This document shows, piece after piece, positions 12,401-24,400 of a stretch of DNA of 64,000 bases. How positions within the stretch are numbered: position 1 is the stretch's first letter; the number at the start of each line of letters is the position of its first letter. The notes beneath the pieces are model-generated. The model saw nothing but the letters and a program-made list of their open reading frames with translations. It was not told the DNA's origin and made no database searches. Origin of the DNA: Laetmonice hystrix (Eukaryota); assembly GCA_965235115.1 (NCBI GenBank), contig OZ249447.1, positions 24,056,001 to 24,120,000 of the forward strand, read 5' to 3'. Made by a program: the position numbers and the translations under genes.

Positions 12401-15400
12401 TCACGCCAAAATACTTCTCAACATGTGACCACGCAAAAATATCTCATGCATCTAAGTGAAAGGCCGTGGCTTTATTAACAATTCAAACACTGGATGGGTC
12501 GATGGATAATACAGAGCTTCATTGAGAGCCCTGGTAATCTACCCTGTTATCTACCCAGCTCTTAGATGAAGTAGGAAAATATCTGCTTGAAATATGCGGT
12601 TAAATTGTGTTGGGTGGCGTGGCTCGAGGCCAGCTTGGCCAGTGATTCTACACGAAAAAATCATTCTTTGGCAACTTTCTTTGACGGGTGTACCCGTATA
12701 GATTACCAATACGTTTTCTTCGCCCATGGCCAAGTTTCCTCGCTCAAAACCTAGTACAACCAGCTTTCCAATGAGTGGGAATTGACGAGGAAAACTTGTT
12801 ACTTTTTTTTTTATCCCTACACGGGCACTTTTTTCTCGTCAATGAAGACTTGTCAAGGAAAACTTGTTCGTGTAGAAGATGCAGCAGTAACGGGAGATAG
12901 CTAAATGATCCGTACCTCGACTCCCTCCTCGAGCTCCACCTCGGCCAGGTCCACACTGTTGTAGTTGGGCTTCACCTGATCCTTCTCCTACAACACAATA
13001 CCCAATATAGACGATCAGCTAACACCATCACAGATCGCAGCAACACAATAGTCAATATAGACCAGGCGATCAGCTAACACCATCACAGATCGCAGCAACA
13101 CAATAGTCAATATAGACTAGGCAATCAGCTAACACCATCACAGATCGCAGCAACACAATACCCAATATAGACGATCAGCTAACACCATCACAGATCGCAG
13201 CAACACAATACCCAATACAGACCAGGCGATCAGCTAACACCATCACAGATCGCAGCAACACAATAGTCAATATAGACTAGGCAATCAGCTAACACCATCA
13301 CAGATCGCAGCAACACAATACCCAATATAGACGATCAGCTAACACCATCACAGATCGCAGCAACACAATAGTCAATATAGACCAGGCGATCAGCTAACAC
13401 CATCACAGATCGCACCAACACAATACCCAATATAGACGATCAGCTAACACCATCACAGATCGCAGCAACACAATACCCAATATAGACCAGGCGATCAGCT
13501 AACACCATCACAGATCCTAGCAAAACAATACCCAATATAGACCAGGCGATCAGCTAACACCATCACAGATCGCAGCAACACAATAGTCAATATAGACCAG
13601 GCAATCAGCTAACACCATTACAGATCGCAACAACACAATACCCAATATAGACCAGGCAATCAGCTAACACCATCACAGATCCCAGCAAAACAATACCCAA
13701 TATAGACCAGGCGATCAGCTAACACCATCACAGATCGCACCAACACAATACCCAATATAGACCAGGCGATCAGCTAACATCATCACAGATCGCAACAACA
13801 CAATACCCAATATAGACCAGGCGATCAGCTAACACCATCACAGATCGCAACAACACAATACCCAATATAGACCAGGCGATCAGCTAACACCATCACAGAT
13901 CGCAGCAACACAATACCCAATATAGACCAGGCGATCAGCTAACCTCATCACAGATCGCAGCAACACAATACCCAATACAGACCAGGCGATCAGCTAACAG
14001 TAACATCATCACAGATCGCAGCAACACAATACCCAATACAGACAAGGCGATCAGCTAACAGTAACATCATCACAGATCGCAGCAACACAATACCCAATAT
14101 AGACCAGGCGATCATCTAACACCATTACAGGTCGCAGCAACACAATACCCAATATAGACCAGGCGATCAGCTAACCTCATCACAGATCGCAGCAACACAA
14201 TACCCAATACAGACCAGGCGATCAGCTAACAGTAACATCATCACAGATCGCAGCAACACAATACCCAATATAGACCAGGCGATCAGCTAACCTCATCACA
14301 GATCGCAGCAACACAATACCCAATACAGACCAGGCGATCAGCTAACAGTAACATCATCACAGATCGCAGCAACACAATACCCAATACAGACCAGGCGATC
14401 AGCTAACATCATCACAGATCGCAGCAACACAATACTCAATACAGACCAGGCGATCAGCTAACACCATCACAGATCGCAGCAACACAATAGTCAATATAGA
14501 CCAGGCGATCAGCTAACACCATCACAGATCCCAGCAACACAATAGTCAATATAGACCAGGCGATCAGCTAACACCATCACAGATCCCAGCAACACAATAC
14601 TCAATACAGACCAGGCGATCAGCTAACATCATCATAGATCGCAGCAACACAATACCCAATACAGACCAGGCGATCAGCTAACACCATCATAGATCGCAGC
14701 AACACAATACTCAATACAGACCAGGCGATCAGTTAACATCATCACAGATCACAGCAAATTGGCGCACGACAATCTCATAGCTTTCACTATGATCAGGCAG
14801 ACAAAGGTTTCACATTAGCTTGGCTCTATTTGCGGTCCAAGTTTAAAGCCTCTAAGCATCTAAGCAATACGCCCCATGATGATAGATTGTCGTACATTAG
14901 GCTACACAGGGTCAAATATTTCCTCCATTGCCTCCCTTACAGAGTTAGGTGACTTTAGACGTGCCTCGTCGTATGTACATTATAGGCCGTATGAGTGACC
15001 AATAAAGTCAAGACACATGTATGCTGAACGAAACGAATATTTTAGTACTTACAGTTGGTCTGAAGTCAGGATGGAATAGTATATATCCATTGTTGGTGAT
15101 CGCAAACGCGTATCCATTAACTCCCAGCTGAAAGAGAAATCAGAAGGGACGTATGACTTCCCACAGAGGTGAAAACTAGTGGAGGTAATGCACAATAAGG
15201 AAGCTAGAGGCATATACTCTTCACCCATTTGTTATTTTTTATTAAGGCAAGTAAAACACCGTATTTACCTTGTACTTAGGCGTCAGCTTAATAAGTTCCT
15301 TTAAAGGAACATCAGTTCCCATCACACCTAGAAGGATACCATCCTTCTTCTACAAAGAGAAGTCACATCATTCCCAAATTAACTGACAGTCCGACAATTA

Positions 15401-18400
15401 ATGTATTCATTAATATTTTGTCTTTACATGGTCCAATGGTTTACAGAGATTTCAATAAATGAAAAATAATGAAGCCACCAGTAATGCACCATCAGTTCAT
15501 TTTCTTATTTATAAAAATCAATATAGGAACCCATGCTTTACCATCGCCTCGCCAGGTTGGATAGTTCCTACGGTGGGGAAAATTCAAGTTTCTATCACCG
15601 ACATAGAATTATCAATATTTCCTCTCACGTACCGTTTCATTTCGACGATCAAATACAGGCTGCGCAACGGACGTCATCAGACGTAGGCCCTGGTAACATT
15701 TCAATATACCACTTCAAATTAGTAAACAACAATTACGACACACTAATCGGCTGACAAATCCTACTGATTGTAGTGACAATCAGACTTTTCCGACCATGTC
15801 TGCGTACAGATACTCCAGTATAGATATTATGTCCATAGACATACGTACGCTGGTTAAAATAAATGTAGAGATCAGTAATGTTCATAATATTAAGTGCATT
15901 CCCGGTTGCATAGACCCGGCGGTAACACATTCCATTAAACAAACAAGATTCTTAAACAAACAACCAATTCGGTGAATACGAGTATTATGAAATCTAACGT
16001 CTGCTCGATGCAGAACTGATGTTTTCTTAAACCTCTTATATTTATGCTTCGCTATACCATTTAAAGAAATACATATGAAAAAGAAGAAACATAATAATTC
16101 TTTATAACAATTAAACAATTGTCAGAAAATTTCAATCGTCATTGTCGTGATATTCAGGTCTTGCAGTTGAATATTTCAAAATAACACTTCTTCTGTCCAC
16201 CTCGTTTTTGGTCCACGGAAAGTGGTGGCATTATCGTTACAAAATGAAGCAATGTTTCAACCATGGTGTACCCGTAAGGAGAGATGTGGTATTTATCTAC
16301 ACAGACCACTGCTTCCGTAAGCTATATGTATACATATAGCCTTAGTTCTGGTTCGTTGTCGGAAGCAAACGCACTGTAACAGCCTGCATCAAATACAACT
16401 TTTCATATACTACTTTCAACCGTTCTTTACATCAAATGTCACTTTTCCTATAGAACTCTCGGCCTTCCTTTATATCAAATGTCACTTTTCCTATACTACT
16501 CTCGGCCTTCCTTTACATCAAATGTCACTTTTCCTATAGAACTCTCGGCCTTCCTTTACATCAAATGTCACTTTTCCTATACTACTCTCGGCCTTCCTTT
16601 ACATCAAATGTCACTTTTCCTATACTACTCTCGGCCTTCCTTCAAATTAAAGGTCACTTTTCCTATACTACTCTCGGCCTTCCTTCAAATTAAAGGTCAC
16701 TTTTCCTATACTACTCTCGGCCTTCCTTCAAATTAAAGGTCACTTTTCCTATACTACTCTCGGCCTTCCTTCAAATTAAAGGTCACTTTTCCTATACTAC
16801 TCTCAGTCTTGCTTTAAATTAAAGGTCACTTTTCCTATACTACTCTCAGTCTTGCTTTAAATTAAAGGTCACTTTTCCTATAGAACTCTCGGCCTTCCTT
16901 TACATCAAAGGTCACTTTTCCTATACTACTCTCGGCCCTCCTTTACATCAAAGGTCACTTTTCCTATACTACTCTCGGCCACCCTTTACATCAAAGTTCA
17001 CTTTTCCTATACTACTCTCGGCCTTCCTTTACACCAAAGGTCACTTTTCCTATACTACTCTCAGCCTTCCTCTACATCTACCAGCACCAGTATAACAGTC
17101 AGGTTCTCACTTCATCGGTCTCCAATGCCATGTTTTTCACAACTTAAGCTCTTACTCAAGTCAGTCCAACCCGGACCCAGGTGCGGTCAGGTGGAGGTAA
17201 CATAAACTGACGTGACCACCTTATTTACAACCAGTGGCAGCATGTGGGCTCACTCACTACCGGAGACAAGGTTTTATAAAACACCTGACAATTATACCCT
17301 GAATCTGGTAAGGTCTAGTTAGGTTACCGTTACAAACCCTCAAATCGGCCGCGTTTTGTCATTTAACAGGATGTATGCTTAATTACGACCAATTACTGAA
17401 CAATGTACCGTGATGACCACTCTCCATCTCTCTCCTTTACACAAATATTGTTTCTCAAATTGAGAGCATACTATCCCGGCAATGACGTCAGACCCATAAA
17501 TCTGATTAAAAGAGTCGACCCATGCTAAGTTATTGTTTAACCTTAATCATAACATGCAATAAATCTTAAAGCTAATAAAATACCACTATGTACGAACTTA
17601 GAAAACCTTCGAACCATTTGGGTCAGGTTACAACAGTACTTGTATGATATCCAACCCATGAAACATGTCACATGTCACAGTTGTAAATCGGTCTCTTGGC
17701 GTATCAAACATTTAGACAGTCAGCAAGTAAAAGTCGCCAAGAGTTGTGTCCATTCATTGGTTTCAAAAACACACACAGTGAGAAAGAAAAGGCTGGTAGA
17801 GTTCAGGTCCAATACCATTCAGTCTCAGATACGTAGTGTTGCAGTGTCGTGATGACGTTTGTCAGAGACTGAACAGATGAGCACGAGTATGAGACGTATG
17901 CTGGGGCTCTGCCATGCCGGGATCAGCTACTGAAGGGGTGTCACCGACTCAGCACAGGGGAATGGGAGTGTTGGGGAGGGGGCGTAACGCACCATACATA
18001 CTGACTGCCTGATTGACTGACGGACGGATTCCACCAAAGCTCGACACTGACGCCACCTGGGGGCAGGGCGGGGTATACAGCGTTCATGCAGAAACCAAGG
18101 GAACCATTTTCGGGATGACCTCGGGGAGAGTATCAGCCCTGAGGTTTGGAATGGCACCACCTTCATAACAATTAGAGCCACCATCCGGAGATCACCAACC
18201 CTATCTGTCGGGAGGGGAAGTGGGACCCCAACCCCGGAGAAATCCTTAACTGATGGACTCGCTAAATTTGGAGTTATTTCAAGGGCACGGCAGAGACCAA
18301 GGACAAAGGAGAATTGAGATTAGAGATGTAAGTTTGACCACAGAGGCCTCTGCACTCCTGCAGAGTGCGTAGCAGCATCAGAAGTGCGCTCACAAATGCC

Positions 18401-21400
18401 AGGAAAACGTGCAACTTTAACTGAAATCTTGAGGACACATCGGCGATATCGAATTGAGAGCCCATTTCAGAAATTGGCCAGACAAGGTATTCAAAACATT
18501 TGAGTTGTGGATGTTAGTGGCAAGGATGAGGAAAATACAGCGACTTAGTAAGGAAAAGTTAGTGACACTCTTTACGCATGCCTTAAAAAGCTACCGTAAA
18601 TTTCATGAAGTATTTCTGGCGACCTATTATTTTTAATTTTATATTTAATTCTTAAACACTTAAAAATGTATCCAAACGAGAGAAGACAATGTTTTGAACA
18701 TTTTAGATTAATGTGTTCAGTTATAAATGTTATGCCCGGCGTCATTTTATCTTCAGAGTTGAATACTCCGTTTAAATGCCAGGTAGTGAAAAAGTTAATT
18801 TCCAAAAGAATCGAATGGTAGCCATGTATCTGTGGGCCGCTTGACGGGTTTGGGAGTCTCGGTACAAGTCTGGATCAGCAGGCAGAGGTTGGAAACGTGA
18901 GGCGGCGGACACCTGGCGGGACCATGCTGCGCCGGGTGGGTGGGCTGAAGCGGGGGGACAGATAGCCAGTTACCTGAGCATCATGCTGCAAAAATGTGAA
19001 GGCAACGGAGTAAATTGGTTCCAACCACCACCACCACCACCATCACCACCGATCCGGAAAGCAAAGAAAGTAATGATCAACAAAACATTAGCGATCATGG
19101 GGCAATCGAGGTGGTAAAACCAGGACACAGTTCGGCAGCTCGCCGCGCATGTCGCTGACATCGCAGCGCGCCACCTATGTGTCACGACGGAAATCAACCT
19201 TAATAGCATGGCACCAATTAATGCATGATGAAAAACCAGTAGCCAAAAATGTAAGTAGAACTTTGACACAAAATTAATGCAACTCAACCAGTGATAACAC
19301 TTGTGTGTTACCACTTTGCAAAAGGCAATATGTGTGGTAGTAGCATATTCTATAAACACAATGATTTAATGACCAGCCGCTCATTACAAACATGTAGAAA
19401 ACTTTCGGACGGAACTAGCATGAGGAACGGTACTACTAAAAGTCAATGCAACATTACTGCTAAGTATATACACGTTATAAACGTGAGATTCTACAACAAT
19501 AACAGAAATGCTTTAGACCTATTGAATGAAATTCTAAGACATTGTAAGAAGTAAAACTTGAGTATCATAAGCTTATGCGACATCATCAGTATACTACGCA
19601 TGGCATCTCATATAAAACAAAATTAGCAAGCAAATGTTTGGAACACGCAAGGATTTGGGGCCATCAAAATACAACAGTAAAATATAATCAGTCTATAAAA
19701 ACCCCCATGGTGTTTACGTCGAGTGATGAACCTGCAAGATTATACTGTTAGAAACCTAAAGATCCTTGCATTAGGGTTACCACTATATCCACAATGACAA
19801 TACCGAACAGGTCGCAGTTATTACTGCATATCACTGCCATGCAAGATAAAGGTCATTCTTTTGTGGGTACACTTCATGGTACCAACGACACGAGCAGGAG
19901 AAGGAGGAGGAGAAGGAGGGGGAGGAGAAGGAGGGGGAGGAGAAGGAGGAGGGGGAGGCTCAGCAGGCCACACACACCCATGTTTAAAGAAAATCTGTTC
20001 AAATGTTGGCTCCGGCTAAGTGATTTGATCACCTGTCGTCTGTCGCCAATGACAACGGTAACCACCCGACCCAACATATTTAAGTCTTTCCACCAGTTTT
20101 ACTTGGATGTGTTTGACGAGGATATCTGTATATATACCGGTGCATGTTTTCATTTTATGTGTGTGAATGAATTCCATGATGTCCAACTTCTGCTTCCCCC
20201 ATCAACAAGTGATACTTTCTGTCCAGGTGCGAGTACCTTATAAATCACCGGACCAAGTCGTGGTGCTCATCAACAAGTGATACTTTCTGTCCAGGTGCGA
20301 GTACCTTATGAATCATCGGACCAGGTCGTGGTGGTCCACGAACGTGTTAACGTACCCATTCCAATATTTTGTAGACATATAACCTGAATACGAGGGGCGC
20401 TTGAAGTCGTGTTCTGTAAGGGGTGAGCTCAGCTCAAGCTCTCTATAACAACGAGTGCCGTTTTTTTATTTTCTGAATTCCAAGTGCAAACCTAAACCAG
20501 TTTATCAGCTACAAAATGTATCTTTAACATGAAAGAGTAACTCTCCACAGTCTATGTCGAGCGGATTGCGAGTGTTTGTTAGTGCGCTAACAGTCAGCTA
20601 ATCTAAGTTACTGCATGGTGGTCGTATACTAACTACGGCTAGCCTTACCCGCGGCCGGCCCTGTGCTGTGAGGGAGGGACGGAGGGAGGGGGACTGTGAG
20701 TCGGACTGTGTGATGGAACTGTCAACTCATGTATCTCGTGGCCCTCGCCATCCCGTAGGACCCTTCACAAAGGTGTCAACAGTCCTGATAGTCGTAGACC
20801 GGACCACATAGTCTGTAAAGCTTCCGTAAACGGTTTCCCATACACAGACACATCATAAATGAAGAGCCTCTGCTGTTTTACAGAAAGATGACTTTTACTT
20901 GATATTAAATCTGGACAGGTTAAATTATAAAGTCCATATGTATTTGATCCCAGGGTTTTTTCGTGCGGAAGGTTGCTACTATTATTGGTATCCATTCGAA
21001 CCTGACAGTGCTCAATCCTGACAGAAATACATGAGCTGCACAGGGGCTTACGTACCTTACCAAACTACTTTTCGTCATTGGACGTCATTTTTTGAATCAA
21101 CATTTATGTTTCTTTTACGTTTTACGTCCCTTTTCATGCTGTTTAAAGGGTTAAACTCTAAGGCCAAGGGTTGGAACGAGTAACATAAATATCTTAACAC
21201 TGCTATGGAAGTGGGGGGGACGAGACCTTGTGAATCATTCTCGATTGGATGGTATGTAGAGCACTGTCAGGTTGGATCTGCCGTGAGCTGCAGGGTCACA
21301 CCATACGATGTGGCTGTGTCACCACTCACTAGGTGTGTCGAGCCTTCAATATCAGACGCAGTCGCTACACGTCCTGCTAAGTCTGGACATTTCTACAATC

Positions 21401-24400
21401 AGTCTATATCCTACCCTGGATTCTGTTAACAGAGCTACACAAACCTAATTTTGGGGGTGCTGCTAGGCAACATGGACCACCGCTTTTATATTGCTTGAAC
21501 ACCTTGAACTGTTCCCCAAACGGATACATGTACGAATGTATAGTTCTCTCCAAATTATGCTCAAGAATAAGCATAATCAACCCTTTCTAAATCTTCTAAA
21601 TATCCTTCTATAGTTAGGCCCAGTTTTGTAAAATACACTGATGTCAACTTTGAATGAACGTAGACCATAAGGTTTGAATATTGCCTAGCAGCAGCCAATG
21701 TGTGTTGTCTGTTGTGGTCACAAACCTGGTCCTCATGGGAGGAGTCTGCTGACATGTACACAGATGTCCATATTGTTATGTTTGGTTTAGAAATGACCAT
21801 CGGCCTGCTCACTGTTTTCACAAATGCCTGCAGAATGAAGAAAGAATGAAATAACGAAAAAAGGGCAACAACAGCCGCGCAATTCTGCGCTCTCACAGCA
21901 AGACTGAGAAAAAAGGAAGTCAAGAAAAGTCGTCGGGGCGAGCATTCCAGTGTGGCACAAACATTGAAAGTTACGACACGTGACCAGAAATTTGAAATGA
22001 ATTACAGTTAATACCGTAAACCATAAAATATTTGAAACCTAATGGCGTACTGAAAGCTCGATATCTTTTAACTGATTCTTCAATATAGTATGTGTGAGTG
22101 TGTACTCGAGAAACATGAACATGTCCAATGATATCGGAAGCTTTCAAATATGTTACGGTTCACAGTTAGTACATGGAAATGCAAACCATCCATCCAGTAT
22201 ATTGATTTAATCATGTTTTACCACAAAGAGTTCTAGGGATCTTTCAAAAGCATGGTTTGCACTGACATGCCTGGCATGCGCATTCCGCACACATATCACG
22301 AGCAAGGTGTACACGTGGTAAAAGCATGAAAGCTTCTCAGTGGCGCCACCTAGATCTGAAATAGAAATGTCACTCTTCTCGGCCAGTCACTACGAGAAGA
22401 AAATTGAAGGAAAAAAAGGTGTGACTCATACAGAACAGGGAGGTTGTAACCTCGACGAGACAGGTACTGTGACAGGACAACAAGAGTTCTGATGTCGTTT
22501 TATCAGTGACCTACCGCCTCGTCAATGTATACACTGGTCCAGGTAGTTTGATATTTACGCTTAATCACCATCGGACGACTGATGACATGGATGTACTCCT
22601 GTAAAATCACATTTCTCTTTAATAAACACATCAAGATGGTTTCTTCTATTCTTGTCTTCAGCGCATACAAAACATTTCTTACTAAACAATAGGATATGGC
22701 TCCCATTGTGTTTGTAGCAAGTACTTATGGTCTGGGAGAAATGTACAAATGTACATTTATCCACAAGTGTACAATCGATTTAGTGCAAAATTTTAAAACA
22801 AAAAGACTTAAAATCTAAACACGTACAATCGAGTTCTACAAACACCTATGCACATGATATATAGCTGCAACTCGAAAACATCAAAAATAGAAAGTGTTTC
22901 ATTACACCTAAACATCGCATCTTTTTATATTTATATATCAGGATCACATTAAAACCTGTAGGACAGTCATCCGCATTATCCGGGAACATTCCGTGAATTC
23001 ATTATCAACAAGGAAAACGGAGTTTGTCGTGGCTAGCATAAGTACTTTACATCAAGCTAACTTACATAAACAGTACCTGCTCTAAACAAAAAACATTATA
23101 CTCTCAAGCTTCAGTTATTGTGTACCGGTATCAATGTTATATTTCACCCTAAACCCAACACAGCTATCGCACACAATATATTTCTTTCCCTTTACGTCGA
23201 TAGCTGTTGTCATCATAAGCTAAGCATTACAGCACAATAGCTTCTAATTTTTGTAACTTCAAATCAATAAATCAATGCTCTTTGAGATAAAGGCATTTCA
23301 TTGCAAGACATATTCATTCTATTTATAGCGTTGCAAAAGGCTGACTGCAGTCGTAAAAACACAGGATATCTTCCGATCCGTTGATAGCGACTTACCTGAA
23401 CCTTTTCCTGGACATCGGCAAGAGTTGAGATATGTGAGTAGTAACCTGAAACAGACGTACATGTATCATGGAGAGAGCTCACAAACCTAATACATGATAT
23501 AATGATAACTGCACATCTTGTATTGTCTGGAAGAACAAAACTAAAGTACACCGCCAATTTTCTCCCAAAAATAACTGTCCGTAGACGGATGTCATACATT
23601 TATCCATTTAGATACGGATGTCATACATTTATCCATTTAGAGACGGATGTCATGCATTTATCCACTTAGATAGATAGATAATTTATTGATTAAAAATCTT
23701 AACATAAAATACAAAGTATGTAATAAAGTTTGGTGAGCAAGGCAGACAACAGTAATAAAGGCAGACTTCAAGACGCATTTACGCATTTACGCCATTCTCA
23801 TGAATTCATTGTTGACAAATGTTCATATCTGTCAAGTATCTTTACCGACACAAGAAACTTCGCTTATGTTGCAACAACTGCTACCCTACCCTGCTTTCTG
23901 AATCTATTTACATACTTCAAATGCATTTGATCTCACCTTTATTGGCGCATGCCATCCATTTCACCTGTTTCGAGTCTCCCACCTCTCTCCCTATCAAGTA
24001 CGTGAAGACGCGCACCTAAACAGGAGACAAGGCATCCACATTGAGACATCAAGAGACATATAAAACAATACCTGCTCGGAATCAAAGTACACAATCCTCA
24101 ATAGGTGAGTACTAAGTGCCTCCGAATATCAAAGAAAAGACAGAGGTTTGTGACGGAGATCGACTTACATTCTTTTCGGGCCAGTTGTAGCGGTTGAAGA
24201 TGTGTTCATAAGTTTCTGGCGCTCCGTCAGTGATGAGCATGATGGCTCGGTTACACATGGTTCCACGGTTAGTGAGGTTCATCTGGATTAGACACCCACA
24301 TCAGCTCATCACTATACCACTCCGACAGAACGTATAGCTCACGGCCTACACACGACCTCTATCAAAGTTCTGAGGGCACTAAACACCGGGAAGGGAGGAA

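Noticed and set aside
16321-16340. Perfect 20-bp palindrome gctatatgtatacatatagc
   Set aside because: Low-complexity AT/TA core, isolated, no flanking stem or TSD.
12989-17078. CRISPR-like appearance of the long arrays
   Set aside because: Units are head-to-tail with no unique spacers, there are no cas genes, and the context is a spliced eukaryotic gene.
18052-18066. CTCF-like motif gccacctgggggcag
   Set aside because: A single imperfect match in 64 kb cannot be supported without binding data.
19794-20243. 149-aa ORF with poly-Arg/Gly
   Set aside because: Product of the GGA microsatellite; no domain signal.
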